Assembly: GCA_963675595.2 (NCBI GenBank)
Contig: CAXXLZ010000002.1
Location: forward strand, 4,320,001-4,384,000
Length of the DNA stretch: 64,000 nucleotides
Direction: 5' to 3'
Source: Thermodesulfobacteriota bacterium
GTDB taxonomy: Bacteria > Desulfobacterota > Desulfarculia > JACQYL01
Shown: piece by piece, positions 37,040 to 47,634 of the stretch
How positions within the stretch are numbered: position 1 is the first letter of the stretch
Layout: each line of letters begins with the position of its first letter
Program-made: the position numbers and the translations under genes
The notes under the pieces: model-generated
Database searches by the model: none
What the model was told of the DNA's origin: nothing
What the model saw: only the letters and a program-made list of their open reading frames with translations

Positions 37040-37729
37040 ATGCCCATGGTGGAATGCGAAAATTTGTCCAAGATGTACCTGCAAGGGGACACCCGAGTAA
37101 AAGCCCTTGACGGTGTGAGCCTCGGAGTGGAAACGGGTGAATTCATGGCCCTGGTGGGGCCGTCCGGATCGGGGAAGACCACACTCCTCAATTTGATTGG
37201 GGGACTGGACGAGGCCTCCTCGGGCGAAGTTCGTGTGGACGGAGATGAGATTACCCGCATGTCGCAATCCGAGCTCTCTGAAATGCGGCTGAGGAAGATC
37301 GGGTTTGTCTTTCAAGCTTACAACCTGATTCCCGTGCTTTCCGCCCTGGAGAACGTGGAGTTTGTGCTGATGCTCCAGGGGGTTGAAAAGGCCGTTCGGC
37401 TTCGAATCGCCAAGGAAATGCTGGAACGGGTCGGGCTGAAGGAGCAAATGAACCGAAGACCCGGGGAAATGTCCGGAGGCCAGCAACAGCGTGTTGCCGT
37501 GGCACGGGCCATCGCTCCGAAACCGGCTGTGGTGCTTGCGGATGAACCAACGGCCAATCTGGATTCACAGACCGGCGAGCACTTGATGGATATCATGGCG
37601 GATCTGAACAAAAAGTTGGGCATCACTTTCGTTTTTTCTACGCACGATGCCATGGTAATGGAACGTGCGCTGAGGGTTGTTCGCCTGAGAGACGGTCACA
37701 TCGAAGAAGACTCGTCTCGATCGTCCTAA
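37040..37729 (+). CDS. ABC transporter ATP-binding protein (LolD-like)
   Basis: GPSGSGKT, MSGGQQQRVAVARA, LADEPTANLD, STHD. Confidence 0.93.
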   Translation: MPMVECENLSKMYLQGDTRVKALDGVSLGVETGEFMALVGPSGSGKTTLLNLIGGLDEASSGEVRVDGDEITRMSQSELSEMRLRKIGFVFQAYNLIPVLSALENVEFVLMLQGVEKAVRLRIAKEMLERVGLKEQMNRRPGEMSGGQQQRVAVARAIAPKPAVVLADEPTANLDSQTGEHLMDIMADLNKKLGITFVFSTHDAMVMERALRVVRLRDGHIEEDSSRSS

Positions 37730-37856
37730 ATCTCGTTCACATGATCCGGCCGTGGCAGGACACGTTCATCGAGAACACGTCTCCACGGCCGGTTTCGGTT
37801 CGCTGCGGGGATCCCTTTTAATGAACGTAATCATTCACGGGGGGGACTCGTCTATT

Positions 37857-37882
37857 GTAGGGGCAGGCCATAGTGCCTGCCC
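37857..37882. repeat. GTAG-type REP-like palindrome
   Basis: GTAG-gggcaggc-catagt-gcctgccc. Confidence 0.5.
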
Positions 37883-38033
37883 AAAAGTCGGCCGAAGGCC
37901 CACCATCTCCCCTGTGCCCCAGTGCCGGCGTCCCTCTGGGGCACACCCCGTGAATAGGTGCGAATGGAGCGTTGGAGATTGAAGGGATACGAACCCAAGT
38001 TCTAGATTTCCTCGGGAAGGGGCGTGCTTGAAC

Positions 38034-38414
38034 ATGTCTGAGTCTTCCAAGAAAGCGGGCAAGTCGGCCGAGGCTGTGGCCTTTACGGTGATTCCGACTA
38101 TTGATTTGGAGACGGATCCCGAACGCGCGCTTCTGTTGGATGCGAAGAAGGGCCTTACCAGTGAAGAAGCCCGGATCTTGGCCGACATGAGGGTACTTCG
38201 TGATGAAGCTCTTTCCGTAAAGGCTCGTATTCGGCAATTGGAATCCGGAATGGAGGAGGCCCGTTCGTCGGAAGAACGAGCGGGCCTCAAGGAGCAACTG
38301 CAACGGGAGACGGATACCTTGGAGACCATGCGCGGGCGGTGGAAAATCCTTTCGAAAGCCAGGGATGAGGCTCGACACCGCCGAATGGTGATTCTAGGGC
38401 ACGAAGAGGAATGA
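38034..38414 (+). CDS. Hypothetical coiled-coil protein
   Basis: Charged helical heptad pattern; fills the gap before convergent thiE. Confidence 0.65.
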   Translation: MSESSKKAGKSAEAVAFTVIPTIDLETDPERALLLDAKKGLTSEEARILADMRVLRDEALSVKARIRQLESGMEEARSSEERAGLKEQLQRETDTLETMRGRWKILSKARDEARHRRMVILGHEEE

Positions 38415-38433
38415 ATCCGGAATGTGCCGACTC

Positions 38434-39090
38434 TCAAGCCCTGGGATAGGAAAGAATAATATCGCGCAGTTCGCGAACGCGCGCTCCTATGTCCGGGGCG
38501 CGGGTGACTCCCGTCACCAGGGCGATGCGTCGTGCTCCGGCTTCGAGTACTTGCCGTATGTTGCCTTCGTTGATACCGCCCATGGTGGTGTAAGGGATAC
38601 GCAGGCGCGGAGCGATGAGACGTAAGGCTTCCGGCCCCAGAAACTGCGCCACTTTCTCTTTTGTTTTCGTAGGGAAAATGGGGCCGATGTTCGCATAGTC
38701 GGCCCCGAGTTTTTCCGCTTCGAGTGCTTCTTCCAGGTTGTGGGTGGAAGCGCCGAGGATGAGATCGGGCGCGATTCTCCTGGCTGCTTCGATGGGCAGG
38801 TCTTCCTGCCCCAGGTGAACCCCGTCGGCGTCCACAGCCAGGGCCACGTCCACGTGGTCATTGATGATGAGCAGCGTACCGTGCTTGAGGGTCCGCTTCC
38901 TGAATTCCATGGCCAGTTCGAATAATGGTCCCTTTTCCCAATGCTTTTCGCGAAGTTGAACCATGCGGGCCCCGCCGGCGAGAATCCCGTCCAGCACTTC
39001 AAGATTGCTTCGTCCGTCCGAGAGAGCCTCGCAGGTTACCGGATAGAGGTCCACTTCCATCAATTTCTTGAGACGTTCTTCCCTGTTCAT
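38434..39090 (-). CDS. thiE: Thiamine-phosphate synthase
   Basis: VQLREK, LIINDHVD, DGVHLGQED, GPIFPTKTK, GGI. Confidence 0.95.
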   Translation of the reverse strand: MNREERLKKLMEVDLYPVTCEALSDGRSNLEVLDGILAGGARMVQLREKHWEKGPLFELAMEFRKRTLKHGTLLIINDHVDVALAVDADGVHLGQEDLPIEAARRIAPDLILGASTHNLEEALEAEKLGADYANIGPIFPTKTKEKVAQFLGPEALRLIAPRLRIPYTTMGGINEGNIRQVLEAGARRIALVTGVTRAPDIGARVRELRDIILSYPRA

Positions 39091-39293
39091 CCTCCCCCCA
39101 CAAATCGAATCAGTTCCACTTCGTCTCCCTGTTGGAGCGTTACCTGGTCGAGAGTATCTCTTTCAAGGATGGATCGGTTTCTTTCAACTACGACACTACC
39201 GGGGTTGACGTCCAGAGTGCGCAGCAATTCGAGGACCGAGATGGACCCACTGATGGGGTGATCCCGGCCGTTCAGCTGAATGGTGATGTTCAT
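39087..39293 (-). CDS. thiS: Sulfur carrier protein
   Basis: 68 aa, VVVERN, C-terminal FVGGG. Confidence 0.95.
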   Translation of the reverse strand: MNITIQLNGRDHPISGSISVLELLRTLDVNPGSVVVERNRSILERDTLDQVTLQQGDEVELIRFVGGG

Positions 39294-39371
39294 TCATCCT
39301 CCTGCAAGGAACCGGTTTGGAACGCCGCCCCCGACTTCGCATCATGGGTGAGGCGCAGCGGTCCGGGATCT

Positions 39372-40490
39372 TCAGGCAGTGGCCAGAAAGGCCGAGTCCC
39401 AGTCCTTCCAAACAGGATCATAGCCCATGTCGGCTATGGTTTGGGCCACTTGGGCGGGAGTGCGATGGTCCGAGACTTCGAACTGACCCTCGGCATCCCT
39501 GTGAACGGCATAGGCTCCAGGTGCGGTACGGCTTCCGGCACTCATTTGCGTAATACCCAACGGAATGAGGTTGTCCCGAAATTCTTGGGATTCGCGGGTG
39601 GACAAGACCAACCCCGCGTCCGGGAGCCACAAACGGAGGGCACACATCAGTTGAACCATCTGGGCATCGTCCACTGGATAAGGCGGCTCATATCCCCCGG
39701 CAGCGGGACGAAGGCGTGGGAACGACACCGAGATATGGCTTTTCCAGTATCGACGAGTCAGGTAGGCACCGTGTAGTCCCAGAAAAAAACCATCGACGCG
39801 CCATTGCGATAACCCCAGAAGGAATCCCAGGTTGAGTCTCCGGAACCCGGCGCGACCGCCCCGGTCCATGGTTTCCAATCTCCATAGGTAATCGCGTTTT
39901 CTGCCGGCGGGATGCACGTCAAGGTAGCGGTCTCGATTGTAGGTCTCCTGATAAAGCGTTAATCCATCAACGCCCGAGTCGATCAGGGTGCGATAATCCT
40001 CCTCGCTCATTGGATAGACTTCTATGGAGATGGAAGAGAAATCGGAGCGGAGCGCCTGAGCGATTTCTGCGAGATATTCAACCGGAGCATGAGGCGGTGA
40101 TTCACCGCTGACGAGAAGAATGTGACGGAAACCCTGCCGGTGGAGGGACATGGCCTCGGTAACGACTTCGTCTACGGTCAGGGTGGCCCTTTCGATCGGA
40201 TTGTGCCGGTTGAATCCGCAATAGACACACGAATTGGTGCACTCGCTGGAAACGTAGATGGGAGCGTACATCTGAATGGTCCGCCCGAAGTGATGAAGAG
40301 TCGCCTTATGCGAGAGCTTGGCCATTTCCTCCAAATAGGAAGCCGCGGCGGGTGAAAGAAAAGCCGCCAAGTCGGCTTCAGTCTTGGGGTGGGCGCGCAA
40401 GGCGCGCTCAACGTCGGAAGGTCGGCAGGCGAAAACCTGCTCTTCCACGGCAGCCCAATCCGCATCCAACATTCGTTGAACAAAGTTCAT
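39372..40490 (-). CDS. thiH: 2-iminoacetate synthase (radical SAM)
   Basis: [41 protein letters not shown]. Confidence 0.95.
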   Translation of the reverse strand: MNFVQRMLDADWAAVEEQVFACRPSDVERALRAHPKTEADLAAFLSPAAASYLEEMAKLSHKATLHHFGRTIQMYAPIYVSSECTNSCVYCGFNRHNPIERATLTVDEVVTEAMSLHRQGFRHILLVSGESPPHAPVEYLAEIAQALRSDFSSISIEVYPMSEEDYRTLIDSGVDGLTLYQETYNRDRYLDVHPAGRKRDYLWRLETMDRGGRAGFRRLNLGFLLGLSQWRVDGFFLGLHGAYLTRRYWKSHISVSFPRLRPAAGGYEPPYPVDDAQMVQLMCALRLWLPDAGLVLSTRESQEFRDNLIPLGITQMSAGSRTAPGAYAVHRDAEGQFEVSDHRTPAQVAQTIADMGYDPVWKDWDSAFLATA

Positions 40491-41272
40491 GATTCCGCCC
40501 TCCGGAGGAAGCCGGTGAGGGGAGAACTGGCTTCAGCTTTCCAGCGCAGGCCGCCAAGACCTGAAATGAAGGCCAGTCGACCGGCTTCGACGCCGAGTTT
40601 GAAAGCCTGGGCCATGGCGGCTGGATCCCCGGCCACGGCGATGGCCGTATTGACGAGCACTCCGTCGGCTCCGAGCTCCATGGCCTCAGCGGCATGAGAA
40701 GGAGCGCCAAGCCCGGCGTCGACAATAACCGGAACCGTAGCCTGTTCAATGATGATCTGGATGGAGTCGCGAGTCTTGAGGCCTCGATTCGTTCCGATAG
40801 GGGCGCCCAAGGGCATCACAGTGGCGGTCCCCACGTCCTCTAAGCGTTTGGCCAGAACAGGATCGGCGTTGATGTACGGAAGAACGGTGAAGCCGTCCTT
40901 AACCAGAATCTCGGCCGCTTTGAGCGTTTCGACGGGGTCGGGAAGAAGGTAGTGCGGGTCGGGCGTCACCTCAAGTTTCACCCAGGGTTCGCAGCCCGCG
41001 GCCCTGGAAATACGGGCAAGGCGAACCGCCTCCTCTGCGTCGCGTGCACCGCTTGTATTGGGCAGGATCAGATAGCGCTCGGGGTCGAGCGCGGACATGA
41101 TATCGTCTCCGGGATCGGCCAGATCCACCCTTCTCAGCGCTACGGTGACAATGTCGGATCCCGATGCGTTTATGGCTTCTACCATGGAACGAGAAGAAGG
41201 GAACTTACCGGTTCCGACCAAAAGCCGGGATCGAAAGGATCGGCCGCCTATGACTAAGGGATTGTTTTCCAT
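40487..41272 (-). CDS. thiG: Thiazole synthase
   Basis: [34 protein letters not shown]. Confidence 0.97.
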   Translation of the reverse strand: MENNPLVIGGRSFRSRLLVGTGKFPSSRSMVEAINASGSDIVTVALRRVDLADPGDDIMSALDPERYLILPNTSGARDAEEAVRLARISRAAGCEPWVKLEVTPDPHYLLPDPVETLKAAEILVKDGFTVLPYINADPVLAKRLEDVGTATVMPLGAPIGTNRGLKTRDSIQIIIEQATVPVIVDAGLGAPSHAAEAMELGADGVLVNTAIAVAGDPAAMAQAFKLGVEAGRLAFISGLGGLRWKAEASSPLTGFLRRAES

Positions 41273-41278
41273 TCCGAA

Positions 41279-42049
41279 TCATGTCTCCTGTGAAGTTGAT
41301 TGAGGGAAAGCTTCCCGGCATAGAGCGCAAGAAAGCGGGGGTAACGTAACTTCCCGAAAACGGCAGTCCCCGGCGTCAAAGGTGATCATGCGGCCAAGGA
41401 GGAGTCGGCCGAAACCGGCGAGATATTTGACGGCTTCGAGAGCCTGAATGGAACCGATAATACCGGGAACCGCCCCAAGAACGCCGGCCTGATCGGCGCC
41501 TTGGACTTCAGCGGCATTTGGGGCCTCCTTGAAGACGCACCGAACGCATGGACCGGCGCCGGGAAGCACGGTCATCGTTTGACCGATGAGACCGATCACT
41601 CCGCCATGACTGAAAGGAACTCCGGCTCGGACACAAGCGTCGTTAATGCCGAATTTCGCCTCGAAGTTGTCGGTGGCCTCGACAACGAAATCGTAATCAC
41701 TGATGAGGTCCGCCCCGTTCTCAGCGGTAAATGTCTCAGGGTGAATCCTGAATCGCAGTGCCGGGTTCAGATCAAGAAGCTTATCTAAAGCGGAGTCGAC
41801 TTTGGGACGGCCGATATCCCGAGTAAAGTGCAGAAACTGGCGTTGGAGATTGGAGAGTTCCACTCGGTCGTGATCCATGATGCCGAGGGTGCCTACGCCG
41901 GCGCAGGCGAGTTGGTAAAGAGCCGGGCTTCCCAGTCCTCCCGCGCCCACGACCAGTACCCGCCCAGCCGCCAGTTTCGCCTGCCCGGCGGGCCCGAGTT
42001 CGGGGATCAGCAGATTTCTGCGATAACGCTCAAGGCCGTGTGCATCCAA
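41279..42049 (-). CDS. thiF: ThiF/MoeB family adenylyltransferase
   Basis: VGAGGLGS, DRVELSNLQRQ, PCVRC; TTG start; heads the thi operon. Confidence 0.9.
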   Translation of the reverse strand: MDAHGLERYRRNLLIPELGPAGQAKLAAGRVLVVGAGGLGSPALYQLACAGVGTLGIMDHDRVELSNLQRQFLHFTRDIGRPKVDSALDKLLDLNPALRFRIHPETFTAENGADLISDYDFVVEATDNFEAKFGINDACVRAGVPFSHGGVIGLIGQTMTVLPGAGPCVRCVFKEAPNAAEVQGADQAGVLGAVPGIIGSIQALEAVKYLAGFGRLLLGRMITFDAGDCRFREVTLPPLSCALCREAFPQSTSQET

Positions 42050-42088
42050 AAAAAAACCGCTCCTCTCTTTCCGGTAGAGGGCGGCTTC
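42048..42088 (-). terminator. TPP riboswitch terminator/SD-sequestering hairpin
   Basis: Minus strand gccgccctct...agaggagcgg followed by a long T run leading into the TTG start. Confidence 0.7.
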
Positions 42089-42107
42089 TGTAAATGGCCT
42101 TATCAGC

Positions 42108-42195
42108 CACCGTTTCCCTGCGCAAGGATTAACCCGATCAGGTTCGAAGGGTATGTTCTCAGCCCGGAGCGAAGCCGCCCGGCACCCCCAACGGA
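42108..42195 (-). ncRNA. TPP riboswitch
   Basis: Minus strand GGGGTGC...GCTGAGA..ATACCCTTCGAACCTGATCGGGTTAATCC..GCGCAGGGAA, upstream of thi genes. Confidence 0.95.
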
Positions 42196-42285
42196 AATTA
42201 GGAAGTTAGCAGATTGTTCACAGGATTGTCAAGTTTTGGATGGAAGAAAATTCTTCTTGGACCGAGTGAGCCGCACCCCAGGAAT

Positions 42286-42314
42286 TGAAAAGGGGAGCCG
42301 CAAAAGCTCCCCTC
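42286..42314 (-). terminator. Intrinsic terminator after the TPR gene
   Basis: aaaaggggagc-cgcaaaa-gctcccct. Confidence 0.65.
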
Positions 42315-42353
42315 GTAGAGTCGATGGAATTTAGGGCGGGCGTGGAGAGAAGA

Positions 42354-44855
42354 TCAGAAGGGGTCTTTCTCCGGCCTACATTTTAGATCGATGTATTTCT
42401 TGTAGGCTTCCAGGGAGGCCGCGAACAGTCCCACTCTTTCGCTCGAGACGGCCTTCTTGTAATAGGCGGCGGCATAATCGGGTTTAATCTCCACCGCCTG
42501 GATGAAGTCGGAGATAGCTTTGTCGTCCATGCCCATGCGGGCGTAGAGGACACCGCGGTGATAGTACACTTCCGGGAAGGAAGGAGACATTTCGATAACC
42601 GTGCTGAAATCGTCCACGGCCTCTTCATACTTGCCCTGGAGGGCGTAAGTCATACCGCGGCTGTAAAAGGCGGCGGCCAAGCCGGGATCCAGTTCGATCG
42701 CCTTATTGAAATCCGTGATGGCGTCGATGTACGCGCCCTGTTTCATGTGGGCGTATCCGCGGTTGTAATAGGCGTCGGCGGAGTCCCCCTTCATCTCGAT
42801 CGCCTTATTGTAGTCCTGGATGGCCTTGTAGTAGTCGCCTCGTTCGGCATAGGCCTGTGCGCGTTTGTAATAGACGTCCGTTCGGCCTTCATCCACCTCC
42901 AGGGTTTTGTCGAAATCGGCGATGGCCTTCTCGTAGAGGCCCTGCTTGGCGTAAGCAAAACCCCGATCATAGTAGACCGGAGTGAAAGCCGGATCCAACG
43001 CTATGGTCTTGTCGAAGTCTTCCACTGCGGATCCGAAATCTTCTTTGGTGAGATAGGCGATCCCGCGATTGTAATGGGCCTGAGCATGATCGGGATTCAA
43101 AGCCAGAGTCCGGCTGAAATCCGAAATCGCCGCGTCCAGATCACCCTTTTTGGCCTGGGCCAATCCCCTGTAGTAGTAGGCGTCCGTGTACTGAGGATTC
43201 ATCTGAATGGCCTTGGAGAGGTCGTCCAGAGCGGATGTATAGTCACCCCGTTCTTCGTAGGCCGCACCGCGTTCGAAACGGGCTTCGGGGGATTCGGGTT
43301 TGAGTTCGATAACTTTGGAGAAATCATCAACGGCCTGGGCATACATCTTCTCATCGGAATAGATCAATCCGCGTTGAAAGTATGCATCGGCCATTTCAGG
43401 ATTGAGCGCCACGGCGTCGGTGAAGTCTTTGATCGCGGCCGCTTTCTCCCCGAGACGAGCAAGACTCACGCCTCGTGCGTACACGGCATCGGCATGCTCG
43501 GGATCCAATTCCACCGCGGTGTTGAAGTCATCCACCGCTTTGGCGTCTTCCCCACGGAGGGCATAGATGGTTCCTCGGGCGTAAAAGGCTTTAGGCTGCG
43601 CGGGGTTGAGCATCAACGCCATGTCCAGATCTTCCAAGGCCTTTTCCTGTTCACCGCGGTCGGAATACACCAAACCACGGTGATAAAAGGCCTGCGCACT
43701 CTTAGGATCGCGCTCGATGACCTTGTTCAGGTCTTCAAGGGCTTTGTCGTATTCTTTGAGCTCCGCATAGGTCAATCCGCGGTAGTAGTAGGTGTCGGTG
43801 TAATCGGCACCCATGGAGAGCGACTTGTCGAAGTCGGTTACCGCCGGGGAGTAGAGGCTCTTCTTATAATACATGAGACCTCTGTGGTAGTAGGCGTCGG
43901 GCTGGTCGGGGTTCAGGGACAGAGACTTGTCGAAGTCTTTGGCGGCTGGATCGACCTCGCCCATACGTTCGTAAGCCAACCCTCGATCATACAGCGCCTC
44001 GGCGTTATCGGGTTGGGCTTCCAACACTTTGGTGAAGTCGGAGATTGCTCCCTCGTCCTTGCCCAAACCGGCCAGAAGGATTCCCCTCTTCATGTAAGCG
44101 CCGGTAATCGACGCATCCAGCTCCAACGCTTTGGAGTAATCCGCAACAGCCGCGTCCACCAAGCCCTTCTTGTCGTTGACCAAGCCGCGCTTGAAATAAG
44201 CCATGGCGAGGGATGGGTCCTTTTCGATGGCTTGGTTGAAATCGGAAAGTGCGTCGTCGAGCTGTTCTTTCTTCATGTAGGCCTTGCCGCGATACAGATA
44301 GGCGGCGGCGAACTCGGGATCCAGTTCCAACGCCTTGTCATAATACTGAACGGCCGTATCGTATTGTTTCTGCGCGGCAGCGGCCTTGCCCAAGCCGAGA
44401 TATGTTTCGGGTTGATCCGGCTTGAGCTGGAGGGAACTGTCGAAGTCGGCCACGGCGTCTTCATATTGTTCCAGCTTATAGTAAGCCTTGCCTCTGGACT
44501 GATAGGCTTCCGCAAACTTGGGATTGAGGGAGATCGCCTTGGAAAAGTCTTCGAGGGCCTTGTCGGTGGCTCCTGTTTCCAGGTATGCCGTCCCACGATT
44601 ATAATACGCCTCGGGAAATTCGGGGTCGAGTTTGATGGCTTCGGTGAAATCCTCTATCGCCTTGTCGTAATCTCCGTTCGATAGATACTCGTCGCCTTGA
44701 TTAAGATGACTCTTGGCCTTGTAGGAGGCACTGATTCCGCAGCCCATAAAAGATAAGACCACGAACAAACATAATAAGCTAATAGGCATTAACATCAATC
44801 GCTCTTTGAGTCTTGACGAATGGCCAATTAGTCTCATACTAATCTCCCCCTTCAT
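42354..44855 (-). CDS. Long TPR-repeat lipoprotein (more than 20 TPRs)
   Basis: Lipobox FMGC; continuous 34-aa repeats AYY.RG.AY...G.Y..AI.DF.KAI.L.P. Confidence 0.92.
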   Translation of the reverse strand: MKGEISMRLIGHSSRLKERLMLMPISLLCLFVVLSFMGCGISASYKAKSHLNQGDEYLSNGDYDKAIEDFTEAIKLDPEFPEAYYNRGTAYLETGATDKALEDFSKAISLNPKFAEAYQSRGKAYYKLEQYEDAVADFDSSLQLKPDQPETYLGLGKAAAAQKQYDTAVQYYDKALELDPEFAAAYLYRGKAYMKKEQLDDALSDFNQAIEKDPSLAMAYFKRGLVNDKKGLVDAAVADYSKALELDASITGAYMKRGILLAGLGKDEGAISDFTKVLEAQPDNAEALYDRGLAYERMGEVDPAAKDFDKSLSLNPDQPDAYYHRGLMYYKKSLYSPAVTDFDKSLSMGADYTDTYYYRGLTYAELKEYDKALEDLNKVIERDPKSAQAFYHRGLVYSDRGEQEKALEDLDMALMLNPAQPKAFYARGTIYALRGEDAKAVDDFNTAVELDPEHADAVYARGVSLARLGEKAAAIKDFTDAVALNPEMADAYFQRGLIYSDEKMYAQAVDDFSKVIELKPESPEARFERGAAYEERGDYTSALDDLSKAIQMNPQYTDAYYYRGLAQAKKGDLDAAISDFSRTLALNPDHAQAHYNRGIAYLTKEDFGSAVEDFDKTIALDPAFTPVYYDRGFAYAKQGLYEKAIADFDKTLEVDEGRTDVYYKRAQAYAERGDYYKAIQDYNKAIEMKGDSADAYYNRGYAHMKQGAYIDAITDFNKAIELDPGLAAAFYSRGMTYALQGKYEEAVDDFSTVIEMSPSFPEVYYHRGVLYARMGMDDKAISDFIQAVEIKPDYAAAYYKKAVSSERVGLFAASLEAYKKYIDLKCRPEKDPF

Positions 44856-45211
44856 TCTTAGCAGCAGCGATTATGCCGAAAGCCACCCCATCCCGACTTC
44901 AAGGTGTCCTATTTTCTACTGATTAGAGGCTAAAAAAGCATGATATCTCTAACATGAAAGAGATGCGATAGCAACCAAAAAATGAGTAAATCGTAGTGGT
45001 TGCTCCCTCTTCCCTCCGCTGTTCCATGATCGGTTTCCGATACATTCCCTCCCCAAAAAAGTCATGGTTCGTTCCCCAGTATCAGGCTTGGGGGAATGGA
45101 TCTCGACATTGCGATCCTTTCGAGAATCTTGCCGCGGTTCACGCAATCCGGAACAATGCCGCATGTCACGGGATTGAAAAGCGGTTATACATTGAGAAAT
45201 CAGTGATGAAG

Positions 45212-45997
45212 TCAATCCCAGATGATTTCTACGGAGGAGCCTGCCTCGGCGAAGTCGGAAGCTCTTCCCTGATTGACGGAAATTTCGACAAAATCGGAAC
45301 TCCCGATCAGAGCGAGGGGCGCACCGGGACGAACGTCGCCGTAGGTTCGGCGGATGCCGTGGAGGAGACGGTCTTCGCAACGCACGCGCAGCAACTCGGG
45401 CGGGATGTGGAGGGGAAGCGATTGCCGAGGAATGTTGGTGACCAAGTTCCCGAAGTGGTCAACGTGAAGCACCCGCCCGGATATTTTGCCGGGTTCCGTT
45501 TCAATCCGAGGCAGCGGGAAGCGTACCGGGTTCTCCAGAAGTGACCCCATGTCGCCCGGAGACGTCCCAGAGGCCAAATGCGCAGCTGCGGAGGCAAAAA
45601 CGTCCCGTCCGTGAAAGGTGGCGCTCACTTCGGGAAGGAAGCAATGGGGCCGATCAAGATGGAACGCCTGGAATTCGGGAAAAGACTGCAGAATCAGAGA
45701 AAATAGACCGTTGTCGGGCCCCACGAAGGTCCCGCCCTGGGTTTGGATCACCACAGGCTTCCGAGAGGTGCCCACGCCGGGATCCACCACTGCGACGTGG
45801 ACGGCATAGGGGGGAAACCATGGACAGGAAGTCCGGAGCGTCAAGGCACCGGCTTGTATATTCCCCGGAGCAAGCTCGTGTGTGATGTCCACGAGGTGCG
45901 CCTCCGGACAGATGCTCAGGATCACGCCCTTCATCGCTCCCACGTATCCGTCCCGGGTTCCGAAATCGGTGGTAAGCGTTATAATCGGAGGGCTCAT
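45212..45997 (-). CDS. SAM hydrolase / chlorinase-fluorinase family (DUF62)
   Basis: ITLTTDFG, VDITH, VVDPGVGT.R, GPDNG, SATFHGRDVF, VDHFGN. Confidence 0.92.
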   Translation of the reverse strand: MSPPIITLTTDFGTRDGYVGAMKGVILSICPEAHLVDITHELAPGNIQAGALTLRTSCPWFPPYAVHVAVVDPGVGTSRKPVVIQTQGGTFVGPDNGLFSLILQSFPEFQAFHLDRPHCFLPEVSATFHGRDVFASAAAHLASGTSPGDMGSLLENPVRFPLPRIETEPGKISGRVLHVDHFGNLVTNIPRQSLPLHIPPELLRVRCEDRLLHGIRRTYGDVRPGAPLALIGSSDFVEISVNQGRASDFAEAGSSVEIIWD

Positions 45998-46397
45998 CCC
46001 TATCCTCCCTTCAATGCCGTGCGGCGAAAGCTCATCCCTCGGACGCCCTCCGGGACCTCCGAACGCCGGAACAGGTCGGGGTACGACCTTCGACCGACTC
46101 GGCACGGCCTCAAACATCTTTGCCCGATTGCATCCACATCGTTAAGCGTTGGGCAAAAGATTCTTTGACTTTTTTAGTTTCGTTTAAGATATATTCTTAT
46201 CTTGGAACCACTTTCAAACCGTTCCGAACGTCCGCCGGGGGCTGCCGGGGGACCGCTCTCAGCCGTGCGGCGGAGCGTTCGCGTCCGGATCCTCTCAAGA
46301 CCGCGGCGCCTCCAATCCGATCGCACCAATCCAAGGAACCAACGCCGGGGACGAACCGGTGAGTATACCCGTTCGACCCCAGCCGCCGGGAACGATC

Positions 46398-46925
46398 ATG
46401 TCCAAAGGATTTATTCGCGTTTATACGGGCAATGGAAAAGGCAAAACCACCAGCGCCATGGGCGAGGCCCTGTCGACCCTGTTGGAAGACGAACGCGTTT
46501 TCATCATGCAATTCATGAAGCCGACGCTTGGCAAGGGGGAACAGCTGATCATGCACTGGTTTCCCCTGAACATCGTATTCCTCCCTGTAGGAAGGCGTGG
46601 CTTCATCCTCAAGAAGAAAGGGCAGGATCCCCTGGATTCCATTATGGCGGTGCGCGCTTTGGAACTGGCCAAGGAGGTCATGCAGCGTGACGTGTACCGT
46701 CTCGTTGTACTGGACGAAATCAATATGGCCGTGTGGTTCGATTTGATCCCGCCGGATCAGGTCCTGTCGTTCATAGATCATAAACCGCCCGAAACCAATC
46801 TGATTCTTACGGGAAGGAACCTGCATCCCGCCATTGCCGGAAAGACCGAGGAGATTATCGAGCTTCGCGAGGTGAAACACTACTATAGAAGAGGGATTCG
46901 AGCCAGGCACGGCATCGAGTTCTGA
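46398..46925 (+). CDS. cobO: Cob(I)yrinic acid a,c-diamide adenosyltransferase
   Basis: VYTGNGKGKTT, QFMK, LVVLDEI, LILTGR, KHYY..GI.A..GIEF. Confidence 0.92.
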   Translation: MSKGFIRVYTGNGKGKTTSAMGEALSTLLEDERVFIMQFMKPTLGKGEQLIMHWFPLNIVFLPVGRRGFILKKKGQDPLDSIMAVRALELAKEVMQRDVYRLVVLDEINMAVWFDLIPPDQVLSFIDHKPPETNLILTGRNLHPAIAGKTEEIIELREVKHYYRRGIRARHGIEF

Positions 46926-47030
46926 GGGCTCCGGCGCGCGGTCGGTTGTCGCCGACGTGCGCATCACCCCGATTCTCGATACGGAAATCCGGGAAGACGA
47001 CCATTTTTCACAGATCTGTCGGAGACGGAA

Positions 47031-47513
47031 ATGCCGATTTACGAATTTTACTGTGAGCGATGTCACAAGATTTATAATTTCTTTTCGGGGAGCGTGAATA
47101 CCGAGGCGCGTCCGGATTGTCCAAAGTGTGGCGCGAAAGGGTTGAGCCGGCTCATGAGCACCTTCGCTTCTCCCCGTCGTGGAGAAGAAGACGACGCGGG
47201 TTTACCCGATCTGGACGAGTCAAAGCTGGAAGGAGCGTTAGGGGCCCTGGCATCGGAAGCCGACCGTTTGGATGAAAACAACCCTCGCCACGCGGCGCAA
47301 CTCATGCGCAAATTTTCCGAGGTTACGGGCATGAACCTGGGACCCCATTTCGAAGAGGCTCTGCACAGGCTGGAGAAGGGCGAGGATCCCGAAGCCGTCG
47401 AGGCGGAGATGGGGGACCTTCTGGACGACATACCTTTCACGGCCGAAGGCGGCGCCAAGGGAAAAACCAAACGTCGCCCTCCGGAAGTGGACGACCAACT
47501 TTACTTCCTCTGA
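47031..47513 (+). CDS. FmdB-family zinc-ribbon protein
   Basis: MPIYEFYCERC...CPKCG...LSRLMS. Confidence 0.88.
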   Translation: MPIYEFYCERCHKIYNFFSGSVNTEARPDCPKCGAKGLSRLMSTFASPRRGEEDDAGLPDLDESKLEGALGALASEADRLDENNPRHAAQLMRKFSEVTGMNLGPHFEEALHRLEKGEDPEAVEAEMGDLLDDIPFTAEGGAKGKTKRRPPEVDDQLYFL

Positions 47514-47634
47514 ACGGCGCATCGCCCATTGCCGGTGAAATGACCTTATCAAGGACAAAGATCAAGTTTCCCGCTCCGATGTTGCAGACTTCGGTTCACT
47601 TGGGGTTCGCCCTTCCCCGCTCGCTTTCGCCGTC

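Noticed and set aside
42558-44684. 708-aa + strand ORF, and similar long antisense ORFs such as 31583-33343 and 49172-50809
   Set aside because: Shadow frames opposite clear genes in GC-rich DNA; no motifs.
45212-45997. Possible fluorinase/chlorinase
   Set aside because: The D...R...H pattern (VVDPGVGT.R, TFHGRD) and housekeeping context fit the common DUF62 SAM hydrolase; no halometabolite cluster nearby.
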